Made by a program: the position numbers and the translations under genes. A stretch of DNA of 64,000 nt from Marsupella aquatica. Taxonomy: Eukaryota; Plantae; Marchantiophyta. Location of the stretch: positions 21,949,619 to 22,013,618 of the forward strand of contig OZ316892.1 in assembly GCA_973895155.1 (NCBI GenBank), given 5' to 3'. This document shows positions 26,179-36,857 of this stretch, piece by piece (the stretch's first letter is position 1; every line of letters begins with the position of its first letter). The notes under the pieces were generated by a model, which was not told the DNA's origin, did not search any database, and saw nothing but the letters and a program-made list of their open reading frames with translations.

Positions 26179-27333
26179 ATGGTGTCAACCAGCTCCGTGG
26201 AAATTCAGGACTCAGCCTCTTTGGGGGCAGAACTCACTCCAAAGCTCCCTAACAATGTAGTGTTGACCCACATTGTTACAAAGCTTTCCTGGTCAGAACT
26301 CCGAGCTCAGTCTTTACTAAATAAGACCTGGCAAAGAGCAATTCAAAGTCGCGAATTCTACCGTGAGAGAGTTCGTCGTGACGCAACGGAAACTCTTGTA
26401 GCCATCAAGCACGTCGATAGCGATTTCCCTCATTCTCCAAAATATACAATTTCTCTCTATTCCACGAGAAACAAAACTTTCTATAAGCTTCCTCCAATTC
26501 CACATTTTCGCGGAATATCGCGGTACTCCCGATTGATTTCAATGGATGGGAAACTGTACGTTGACAGGGCAGATTGTAATTGTGCATGTCGCATATGTAC
26601 TGAAAATGTCTTTCTGATGGAGAAGTTCTACAGAGCCAGCTGCATAGCTCAAAGTGACAGCGGTGTATATGTGCTGGATCTGGCTGGACAAGGGCAATGG
26701 GAAAAGTTCACAATGGCACTCCCAAAGCGTCGATGTCAGTGCAATATTACCGGTTGTTTTTTAAGAATTGGATTTACACGTTTTGGGTGGGGCGGATGCA
26801 AACATCAGTTCAGTTCTTCGTGGAGTTCATCAGATTCAACTCCGGGAGAAGAGAACCGTCAATCAAGTCTAGTAGTACCTTGTGTGGCGCGTTCTTTGGA
26901 CATCACGCCAGAAAAGCGGTTCACCATCGACGAAAAACGGTACTGCATGAAGCGTGGTGGCATATTCCCCACACCATGCAGAAGTCATTACATCTACTTC
27001 TACGATGTTAATAGAGGAGGATGGGTAATTCAGCACTCAATTTCTTCGGCTGGAGTTCACGAAATTGAACGTTCAATCGGAACCGAGATTGGCGAGGAAA
27101 CTCCAGTCGGGCCGGAACACGGTCTCATAATTGAGCCTGTATCTATCCTTCCTATCAACAGTGAGCTTTTGGCATTATCAACTTGGGAGACGAGCGACCA
27201 CCGCTTTGGCTATATCCTTCTTCAAAGCAGAGGCTTTGGATCTGAGAGCAATGCAATCGTGTGGGAAAAAGCTCCAAACTCCTTCGGGTTTGATACGAGA
27301 GCTACTTCGGCAATGTGTCATATCGAGCTTTGA
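26179..27333 (+). CDS. Divergent F-box/kelch-like protein, intronless CDS (384 aa)
   Basis: N-terminal F-box-like segment LTPKLPNNVVLTHIVTKLSW...LLNKTWQRAIQSREFYRERVR, then kelch-like remnants ISLYS...YKLPPIP, ISMDGKLYV, VYVLDLAGQGQWEK. The ORF is uninterrupted. Confidence 0.7.
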   Translation: MVSTSSVEIQDSASLGAELTPKLPNNVVLTHIVTKLSWSELRAQSLLNKTWQRAIQSREFYRERVRRDATETLVAIKHVDSDFPHSPKYTISLYSTRNKTFYKLPPIPHFRGISRYSRLISMDGKLYVDRADCNCACRICTENVFLMEKFYRASCIAQSDSGVYVLDLAGQGQWEKFTMALPKRRCQCNITGCFLRIGFTRFGWGGCKHQFSSSWSSSDSTPGEENRQSSLVVPCVARSLDITPEKRFTIDEKRYCMKRGGIFPTPCRSHYIYFYDVNRGGWVIQHSISSAGVHEIERSIGTEIGEETPVGPEHGLIIEPVSILPINSELLALSTWETSDHRFGYILLQSRGFGSESNAIVWEKAPNSFGFDTRATSAMCHIEL

Positions 27334-27727
27334 GCTTCAGTATTTGCCCATGCTTCCTTTTATGTCCTGTGTGAGACTTAGGGACCTTTGATTTTTCATC
27401 GATCTGCAGCTAAGTCAGAATGTAATATAAGCTAGGTGCAGGACCAACTTTTTGTCTAAACCTGATGGGGGACCATATCAGAGTTCCAGTGAGCTTAAAT
27501 TGGGGAAATTATACAATCGGCTACATGGACTAAATCAGATTGACTACTGTAAAATGAATTATGATAGTCCACCCGGTGGGAGTGCTCTTAGATGTGCATT
27601 ATGGCAGTGCTGTTATTGAGGACTCTACACAGAGCTTAGAGTAGGTTGTTTTTACTTTGTTGTGGTATGTAGAGTACCTTATTCAATAGAGGTTTGGAGG
27701 CTTGACAAAAGAATTCCGAAGCAAAGT

Positions 27728-28034
27728 CCTGGGGTCCTCACTTCTTTTCTTCCAACCCATCACGCACGAATAAATATAGGGTTTTTTTATTGGGCTTAGC
27801 AAAATACTTTTAAATTTTTGTTGAAAAACATTAGGGTTATTTTAATCCAATTTTGAGAATTATAAGAATCATAGTATTTTTTAAAACCAAATATGAGAAT
27901 ATTCTTGGAATATTCCATTAAGTTAGGGGTAAAAAATTCCTAAAAAAATAATTTATTGACTTAACTTTTAGGGTGTTTATTCCCTCAAAACTTTGAGCAT
28001 GATATGAGACACCCCTTGGATTGAGGCCCCCGAG
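27728..28034. mobile_element. MITE (307 bp), subfamily A, 8-bp TSD AGCAAAGT
   Basis: Ends CCTGGGGTCCTCA and TGAGGCCCCCGAG. TSD at 27720-27727 and 28035-28042. Near-identical to 54996-55298. Confidence 0.9.
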
Positions 28035-28142
28035 AGCAAAGTAACGTTAAAGAAACTCTTGCTCTTAGTTATGGAGCCAGTTCTGTCTTTTTGGTTTTAC
28101 AAGTAGGTAAAGTTTTATTAGGCATTATATCCTTTGGATTTA

Positions 28143-31060
28143 CAGCGGCAGCGGGAGCGGAGCGGAGCAGATCGGAGGCGGAGCGGCAGTCGTGCGAGCC
28201 GGGGTCGGGAGGAGCGGGGGAGCAAGTGAGTGGTGGGAGGGTCCGGCGAGCGAGGTTGAGCGCGGCGGGGGTGAGCAGGGTTGCGCGCGGCTGGGCGCTG
28301 ACGCACTGTGGGGGCTGACGCATGGCGGAGCCAGGGAAGTGCGTGTGCAGGGGCCCTTTTATGGGGGGCCTCATTATGAGGGACCCCCTGCCCCTCGGAG
28401 AGGGGCTCCTTCCGCCGGGGTGACCCTCGGATCCCCCCCCCTTTATCCAGGATTTTTGTGTGGGTTGTTGGCCTAGGGCTTTTCATCCTTGGTTCTCCTC
28501 TTTCGGTGCTCCCCGTACTGCTGGCTTTGGCCCCTTGGGGGCTGTTTTCCGGGCCCCTCGGCTCTATTTGGCGGGGAGATTTTGGTGCTTGGGAGCCTTC
28601 TCTGCTGGTTCTGCTCCAGCCTGGTGACCGGCCCTGGCCTGGCCCGGGGTCTGGCGCTTTTTCTCCTGGCTCTGAGCCGGGGTTGGTTCGTGACCTGGGG
28701 GGCATGTTGTGGTGTGGCTTCTTGGTGTTCTGTCCGGAGGGGGTGCCTCCGCGACAGCTTCCTTTGTGCGGGGCTGCGGCGGTCCTTTTCGACGTGCGGT
28801 TGTTGTCACTACTGGGTCGAGGTCTGTGCCCATGTGGCGGGGGGCCGTATTCCTCCTGTGGTCGCTCGGCTTTTGGGGGCCTGTCGGCTTCTGGCTATGG
28901 CCAAAGAGACTGGGGGTGTCAGGCCCTTGGCCATCGGGGAGGTCTTGTTTCGCTTGGTGAGCCGTTGTGTTTGTCTGCAAACTCGGGCTCCCTTTTCATC
29001 ACACTTTTTTCCTCACCAGTTTGGTGTGGCCACCCCTGGCGGTTGCGAGAGTGTGGTGCATGGCCTTCGTGCCATCTTGGATATCCACCCTGACTGGGCG
29101 GTTATTCAGGTGGATGTGGCTAACGCATTCAACTCTGTATCCCGTCGGGTCATGTTTGAGGAGTTGCGGGCCGCTGGAGGGGAGATCGCATCCCTCATCC
29201 CCTTTGCCCGGGCCTTCTATGGGGCCCCGACCCCCCTGGTTTACCCTGACCATCTTGTTCCTGGGTCCTATGTGACCATCTCATCCGAGTCCGGGACTAG
29301 GCAGGGTGACCCCCTTGGTGGGGCGTTGTTTGCTATGGCGCACCTTCGTGCTATTCGTGCCTCTTCGGCTGCCTTCCCGGGTTGCATGTTTCCTTCTGTT
29401 GCGGATGACACTCACATTGTTGCCCCGGTCTTGCTTGTTGGGGACGCCTATTCCCACTTTGTGGACCAGCTTACCCTCATTGGTCTTTCAGTTCAGCCTT
29501 GGAAGTGTGGGGTTTGGTCTCGTCTCCCCCTCCCCCACTCTTTCACCCCACCTCTTGGTATACCCATTCGGCTCGAGGGCATTAGAGTCCTTGGGGTGCC
29601 TTTCGGGGGAGCGGTCTTTGAGCAGGATTTTCTTCTAGCGGCCCTATCCCAGGACGTTTTGCACATTGACCAGTTGGCGTCCTTGGGGGATGCCCAAATC
29701 TCCTTTTTGATCCTGGTCCTTTGTTTTGTTCGGCGTCCCTCCTATCTTCTCCGGACAGTCCCTCCTACCACGATGTTCTTGTCCTTACTCTCTTCATTTG
29801 ACACCATTGTGATGAGAGTCTTTGGTCACCTCATTGGTCCGGGAGCCCTTGATGGAGAGGATGGTTCTTTTGCGGCTAGGCAGGCTGCGTTACCCCCATC
29901 GGGAGGTGGTATGGGGGTGGCCTCGGCAGTGGACACTGCCCCTTGCACGTTTCTTGGTAGTTGGGCGCAGGTGGCCCCTGCCCTGGCCTCTTGCTTCATT
30001 GTGGACCTTTGGCCTATCCTCTCTGACTCGGTCATGGGAGTGGAGAACGGAGCTCTCCCTTTTCAGGTCCAGCTTCGTCATGCACGGTCATTATTGCCGG
30101 AGGACGTGCAGAGCGTGGTCCCTACTTTCGAGGGAGTTGTTATGGACAGCCCGGATCGAGTCCAATAGGTGATTTCTGATCGCATGCACCGACACACCCT
30201 TTCCAGCATGCTTTCTGAGGACCCTCGGATTTGGTACGGGCACGTCTTTTATCCGGGTCGGGCGCTGGTTCGGGGGCTTGGCTATCGGCGAGTCCTCTTT
30301 GGGCCCCCTTTCGTATGAGTTCTTTTATTTTTACCACATCCACGCGCCTTCTGTTGGGTCTTCCTCACCCTTGCCTCCCACTTGTGTCTGTGGAGCGCCC
30401 CTTGATGGGCAAGGCATTCACATTCTCAGGTGCAGTCATGGTAGTGAGAGGACTGCGACACACGACGACATTCAGGACGTGATGGTGGCCATTGCCCGTG
30501 ATTCTGGTTACCATGTCATGATGGAGCAGAGACATGTGTTACCTCCACGGGATGGGGTTTCTGATCATCGTCGAGCAGATTTGGTATTCTCTCGCGCTGG
30601 TGTTCGTGCCCTTGGGGATGTCGTTGTTGCTGATCCGACTAGTGGGGCCAATGTGGCTTCGGCGGCTCATATACCTGGCCATGCCGCCGCGAGGGCAGCT
30701 CGGCTGAAGGAGGAGGCCTATGCTGTGCGGTACCCGGGGACCTCTTCTATCCGTTTGCCGTGGAGGTCTTTGGGGCGCTACACCCATCCTTTGACCGTTT
30801 TCTTCGCTCTTGCGTAGTTCAGTACGTCGAGCGGAGGCCCTATCCCCCTGTTTCGGTCATCACTGCATTCTTTAGACAGAGGGTGTCTGTTGCGCTTCAG
30901 CGGGCACAGGCGTTCACTATTCTTCGTAGGGGGGAGGCTGTTGGTCTTAGGGCCGCTAGTAGGATTCCTTTGCTTGACCCCCCCATGCAGTTCACACCAG
31001 AGCTTTACCAGGCTCTCCAGTTTGCTGATAGGTAGGCGCTTGGGTTCCTGTCTTTGGGTT
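28143..31060 (+). mobile_element. CRE-clade non-LTR retrotransposon (RT + CCHC knuckle + restriction-like endonuclease), disrupted by one stop and ~3 frameshifts
   Basis: RT motifs KETGGVRPLAIGE, QFGV, DVANAFNSVSR, GTRQGDPLG, VADD, VLGVP, LPPSGGGMG. Then RARLLSGSGAGSGAWL, CVCGAPLDGQGIHILRC (CCHC), THDDIQD, RRADLV...DVVV, KEEAY, AVEVFG. The 5' leader is GC-rich. Confidence 0.88.
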
Positions 31061-32031
31061 TCCAAACTTAAATTATTAACAGACCCTTATGTTTTTAATA
31101 GAAATTGAAAGTATTCCTTTAGACCAATAGAAGAACCATATGGTTTGTCACACATGATGTGTCATTTTCATGAGAGTGAAATTAAGGCTTGAGACTCCAA
31201 ACTCTTGGCTAGGTATTGCAGTTTTTAAATAAAAAATGAGAAGTTCAGGCTGTAAAGAGCTAGAAACGATGGGGAAGAGCTGATAATGTGAGACTTTGAG
31301 AGTCAAGATGAAGATAATATGTTTGAAGTAATAGTGTTATTCAATGAATAAAATTTTAATAGTGACTGTGAAGAAAACAGGCTCGCATGGTGGACTATTT
31401 TTTATGGTAAATGACATTTAATTGTAGCAGGATTTGTAGATTCAATGAGCACTAGTTTGTGTGATTTAAATTTTTTGGCTTACCGCTACATCAAATCAAT
31501 TGCTGCATTTTCAGATAGATTTATGGTTGATAAGTAAAATATTTTGTCAGTCAAAGATGCTATGAAGTAAAATATTGTCACTTAATAAAATATTTTGAAG
31601 AAAATACACATGATGAGGTCTTTATTAATAAATTTCATTGTAGAGAATTTCATCATATACAAATTTTTTGTTCAACTTTGTTTCGGGCTTCTCCATCTTC
31701 ACCATCTGGAATTAACACTTTTATTTTAGTTTGTATGACATGTTGTTCTTGAAAAGACAACATACAATTGACCATGACTAAAAATTGACTTAGAAAGTTG
31801 CAATCCTACATGTTCTAAAGTCTGTCCAAAAGTCTGACCCTGTGCCTTATTAACACTCATGGCATTTGCCACTCAAACCGGGAATTGGACTCTTTTCAAC
31901 ATGAAAGAAAGTCCCGCACATGACATCAATGGAATACGTGGTATGAACGTCATGCTCCCTTCATGTTTGCCTGGCTGCTAGACTATATCTCTATGAAATG
32001 ACTCTTGATTGTACGTACTACGAGTTGTGTC

Positions 32032-32328
32032 CTCGGGGGTCTCACTGTATGGATGTCTCCCCATCACCTGCGACGTTTTTAGGCCTCGGACCCCCTAAAA
32101 TGTAAGAAATTTTTTTATTTTTTTGACCCCTATAAAGTTGGAATATTCTCAGAATATTCTCAAATTTTGGTTATAAAGACCCTAACGTTCTTATAAGTCC
32201 CAAAATTGGATTTAAAAGACCCTATTGTTCTTCTCAGAAAATTCTTAAGTCTTCCCTTCGAACCAATAAAATGACCCTATACTTCGTCGCACGTGATATG
32301 CCATTTTTGTGGAAGTGAAACCCCCGAG
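32032..32328. mobile_element. MITE (297 bp), subfamily B, 8-bp TSD GTTGTGTC
   Basis: 14-bp TIR CTCGGGGGTCTCAC / GTGAAACCCCCGAG. TSD at 32024-32031 and 32329-32336. Removing it restores the helicase GLCNGT motif. Confidence 0.95.
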
Positions 32329-33096
32329 GTTGTGTCCCATTACATAATCCTGTACATAGTGAAGTCAAAATTATGTAAAATAATAACCGGGTCAAGAATG
32401 TTCAGGCATCCAACCTTAAGTACAAGCTTGTCCCACTGGTTGAGAGCGTTATTCAAGATGTGATTCAAGAACTCAGTAGGGTAAAAGTCACGTCCTTCCA
32501 ATTGATCCAAGAAATCTGTACCCCGATCTATACTTACGATCAAAGGTGTGCTCATCTCCTACAAGCCCTTCCAATGTTGAACTATTGATCTTCAACGCCT
32601 CCTTGTTTGTTGACGCCAATATTGTTCTCTCACTTAGGAACTTGTTGTCAACAATGTTCTCCACCATGGATGGCGGGACCATAATCATGTTATTTAACGC
32701 TCCTTGCTTTGGCAATTTATCATCCCCAAGTTGAAGGAGCCATTTTTGGACTTGTTTAAATTGGAAAGCCTGGTTCCCAAACTTAATGAAGTGGATGTAC
32801 CACGTCACACACATATTCTGTGTCAGCTTGAACGTTTTCACACAGTGCCAAATGTGAGCTTTCTTCAAGCATCCTCCCACAATCTGCGCAAGGCTTGCTC
32901 TTGCCTTCACCGGCAACACTTGTCAAAAGTCCCCTACAAATGCAACCACTAGTCCCCCAAACTGTCTGTTGTCTTCTCTTATGTTGCGAAGTGTCCTGTC
33001 AAGCGCCTCCACAACCTGTGGCCAGTGAACCATAGGTGCTTCCATCCCACGAAATATGTGAAGGTTGTCCTTTGCAATAATTCAACAAACTCTGTT

Positions 33097-33389
33097 ATCG
33101 AGGGTCTCACTATATGGAGACCTCCCCATCACCTGTGATGTTCTAGGCCTCGGACCCCCTAAAATGTAAGAATTAAAGGAAAAACCTCCAAAGTCAGAAT
33201 ATTCAAGATTGAAATATTCCAAAATCTTAATTAAAAAGACCCTAATGTTCTTATAAGTCTCAAAATTGAATTTAAAAGACCCTATTGTTCTTCTGCAAAT
33301 TTTTTTAAATCTTCCCTTAGAATTAATTAAATGACTATCCTAATTTGTTGCACATGATGTTTCATTTTTGTGAAAGTGAAACCCCCGAG
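33097..33389. mobile_element. MITE (293 bp), subfamily B, TSD ACTCTGTT/GCTCTGTT
   Basis: Colinear with 32032-32328. TSD matches 7/8 at 33089-33096 and 33390-33397. Confidence 0.9.
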
Positions 33390-34522
33390 GCTCTGTTTGC
33401 TTTTTTGCCTTGCAAAGTGATGAGCATCAGGATTTAGAGGAAGCTTAAATCTTAAATGTGCCATGCAACCTCCATCCAACAACAAACCTGCAATTCCGGA
33501 AGAGGCCACAACCAATGCTATGTCCCCATCAGCCTGCACCCTCCATAGAAGCACATTCTCCACAAAGGTCTTCCCCGTCCTTCCTAGCCCATATATGAAG
33601 AATGTGGAATACTTATGACCCCAAACCACCTCCCATATTGCAGTGTAAGTGGTACATTGCCCAACATTCAACAAAGGCTCCTCTCAGCCAATTGTTGTAA
33701 TGAATCCTCTTGGTGATAAGATATCTCCTCCTGTATCAATTAATTGGTGTTCCCAGATCCTGAAAAACATACCCATATCCCCAAAATTATTATTCATGCC
33801 TGCCACATATAATATTTGGTACCATCAAAGGTTTTTATGTTGTAAAGTTTTTTGCACAAAACTTGCTTTAATAGCTTTTAAGTACATATACTACCACTAA
33901 AGATGTTTCAATTTACAATAGTGCCATGCACTGATTTTTATTGTATTTACAAAAATGCCACGGTTTTTGTATGTAGCTCCCCTAGTTACCTTGGTAAACT
34001 TGTCATCCATATTCAAAACCATGGTATTTTTCCTTTTAAAAACCATGGTATTTTTATAAATACAAAAAGAATAGTGGCAGTATTGTCAATTAGAACATCT
34101 TAGTGGCAAAGTACTTAAAAGCTGCTTCCTTGAATGGATATTATTCTACGACAATGATGGATCTGAGAATATCAAATCACAAAATGTGAGTGTAAGATAA
34201 TACATTTCTCAACGTGATGATCTGTGAGAGCTGTTCTTCACAAAGTTGTCATTCCTGGCTAAGTCTATGAGATTGGCATCCCTGACTAAGTCTATGAGGA
34301 GGTTGGGGTGTCCCCGAGGGCATACCTCAATGTCTAAGAAAATTGACATGATACTTGACTAAGTCTATGAGCAGGTTGGGGTGTCCCTCAACCTCTAAAT
34401 CTCCTTGTAAGTAGACTAGATCTGAGTAACTATTTAAACTAAAGCTCTAGGTTGTGTGAAATTTTAGAGAGTGAAAAGGATATAAATTGATGTAATGTTA
34501 TTACTTAACAAATAGAATCTCC

Positions 34523-34829
34523 CTCACGGGCCTCATTCCAAGGGAGATCACGTTTCTCGCGCAAAAGTTTCAAGTAATAAATACCCTAAAATTAACTTAA
34601 GAAAATAAAGTATATATTTTATTATTTTTTAACCCCTAAAATTATGGAGAATTCTAGGATATTCCCAAATCTGAAATTAAAACCCTACAGTTATTGTAAT
34701 TCTCAAATTTGGATTAAAACACCCCTAGTTTTCTTCAACAATTTATTTTAAGTCTTCTGCGTAATTGAATTAAAAAACCCCTCACTCTTTGCGCATTATG
34801 TGTGGAAGAAAAGAAGTGAGGACCCCGGG
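34523..34829. mobile_element. MITE (307 bp), subfamily A, inverted relative to 27728, TSD GAATCTCC/GAATCTCT
   Basis: Ends ...GAAGAAAAGAAGTGAGGACCCCGGG, the reverse complement of the 27728 start. TSD at 34515-34522 and 34830-34837. Confidence 0.85.
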
Positions 34830-34882
34830 GAATCTCTAGGGTCTCACTACATGGAGGCTCGTCACCATACACCAAGTAGATA

Positions 34883-35209
34883 GTCGGGAGGTTCAGTTTC
34901 ACAAAAGTGGCACATCACGTGCGACGAAGTATAGGCTCATTTAAATGTGTGTGACAGAATACTTCCAAGTTTTGTGACATAACACATAGGGCATGTTTTA
35001 TTGACTGGTCGGCTTTTAAGAACCCATAGGCATATTTAATTGTAAAAAGTACTTTCTTTAAAGTTTTCAAGGGTTTATTAGTAAAAACTGACAAAATTTA
35101 AAGAAAGAAAGGGTTTTGCAAAAACATATTTTTCAATTATAAGTTAGCGAGGTCAAACCCTAGCACATTGCACGCCATGTATGGCCCTTCATATAGTGAC
35201 CCTCGCGAG
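34883..35209. mobile_element. MITE (327 bp), diverged relative of subfamily B, 8-bp TSD AGTAGATA
   Basis: Perfect TSD at 34875-34882 and 35210-35217. TGGCACATCACGTGCGACGAAGTATAGG matches the reverse complement of the subfamily-B end region. Confidence 0.85.
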
Positions 35210-35693
35210 AGTAGATACAAACACACAAGAACACAATCAAAGAGAGGTACAACATGCTTGACAAAACAAACTAAGGAGCACTTACAACCAACTTTGCCTG
35301 GAAATACCTTTCAGTAAACTATGGTAACTCCTTCTACTCATTGATGAAATGGGTAGACCTTTCCTATCAACTGTGAGAATCAAATAGAGGTCTTGGGAGG
35401 ATAGAGAGCAAAGGTCCTTTCTCATCTCTTACTGATTCTGAGTCAATTGATCAATACATGCAAAGAAGACAAAGAAAAATGGAGATGCACTGGGAGTTCT
35501 GGCAATGGAAATCAAACTAAGAGAAGGACACTAGGAGATACTAAAGCAACTATGGAAATTAGATCTGAACAGAGTGCGCGTGAGAGATAGAAAGGAATTA
35601 AACACTATAGTAAAGAAAGAAAAGCTAGCTTTGAGACCAGAGTTGAGAGTAAATGGAAGATGGAAAGGAGAGACTTGTATCAAAACTACTATC

Positions 35694-36857
35694 TTTACGG
35701 ACCCCCATTAGGGGTCCTTTGCAAAATTCATGGCTCCACAGCGCGCCACATCATCATGGCACGCTGCAAACAGGAAAAGACTTGTTTTTGGATAAAATTA
35801 ACTTTTGCATTTGTGTTTGTGGCAAGTTTTCTGTAAAAATTGGGACGCCATGCCGTAAAAAAGAATGTAAAAAACTGACATGCAAATCAAAAGACAAAAA
35901 GATTGAGGTAAAACTGCTCCCAATAATTGTTTTATTTACATTTTGATTTTTATTCAAAACATAAAATTTTCTTGGTAGCAATTTTCGATTTGACATTGCT
36001 GAGTCAAATCATAATGAAAACTCACGTATAATATGGTGTTAGAAAAATCTCAAAGAGACGGTCCTGATGAGCTTAGCATTGTCATCATTTGGTAAGAATT
36101 GAGTAAGTAATTTGAAAAATAAAATTTACCCATGATTTCATAATCTCTAACGTGAATAGAAATCTTTGTTGTACAACCCCTGAAATGTTGACCCCCTCCA
36201 TGAGAATGAACTAAAATTGACAGATTTTATTGAGTACTAAGGAGATTATGAATTTTAAAATTCTTTAGCTTTTTAATGAACTTAACATTGATAGATTTAG
36301 TTGAGTTCTCAAAAGATTATAAGTTTCCAATGTTCTTTAGCTTTCCAATGAGTTTAACATTGGGAGATTTTATCAAGTACTAAAGTGGTCATGAGTTTCT
36401 AAATTTCTCTAGCTTTCGATCCATTCCAAATTCCACAATTGGAGATTTGCTTCCATGAACCTTTTTGTCTTAAATGATTATGCAAAGTTAATGATTTGAT
36501 GACACTGATGACTTCTCTCTCTTCGTCTATCTGCGTGTAGGAATTGAAAGTGATTACTTTCGATGCAACTTGAGTGCATCCAGCATCCCGTCGGTACCGT
36601 GGAAGAAACCGTCGAGCACCGTTTTGCTGAAGTGGGCAATTAAACTACCCACACATTAAACAATAGTTCACATTGCAGCTGGTTTTACGATTGATGTTAA
36701 TTATGGTTGTCTTGGTAAGTTTGGCAACTGTTTCAAGTGTCAAACATTGACTTGTCCATTTTTGAATTTGTTTCCTTCAGATTTGGAGGTCCATCTAGGT
36801 TTCAGTTTCTAGATAAGTGCATCTAAAATAACATGGGGGTCCACGGATTAATTTCTG
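35694..36857 (+). mobile_element. ~1.16-kb non-autonomous element, right copy of the inverted pair (Helentron/HINE-like ends)
   Basis: Starts TTTACGGACCCCCATTAGGGGTCC (hairpin). Ends ATGGGGGTCCACGGATTAATTTCTG. Reverse complement of 23967-25112. Confidence 0.8.

Larger units (their letters stand above)
31790..33680 (-). pseudogene. Decayed Helitron-type Pif1 helicase, interrupted by two MITEs
   Basis: Minus-strand motifs in order: FFIYGLGRTGKTF, VASSGIAGLLLDGG..AHLRFKLPL, a frameshifted WDEAPM-like motif, ALDRTLRNI...FGG, FKLTQNM, RTILASTN, YPTEFLN, GLCNGTQLVV (restored by removing the MITE), FIPRIPL, RVQFPV...AMSVNKAQGQT. Many stops and frameshifts. Confidence 0.88.

Noticed and set aside
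28069-28980. Overlapping antisense ORFs in the CRE 5' region, and a possible hammerhead ribozyme
   Set aside because: High GC content explains the open frames. The CTGACGCA words do not match the hammerhead CUGANGA core, and no GAAA partner is placed appropriately.
28127-31063. Possible TSD for the long CRE copy (CTTTGGATTTAC vs CTTTGGGTTTCC)
   Set aside because: Only 10/12 identical, and the 3' end appears deleted (no 3'UTR, abuts a half MITE), so a true TSD is not expected.
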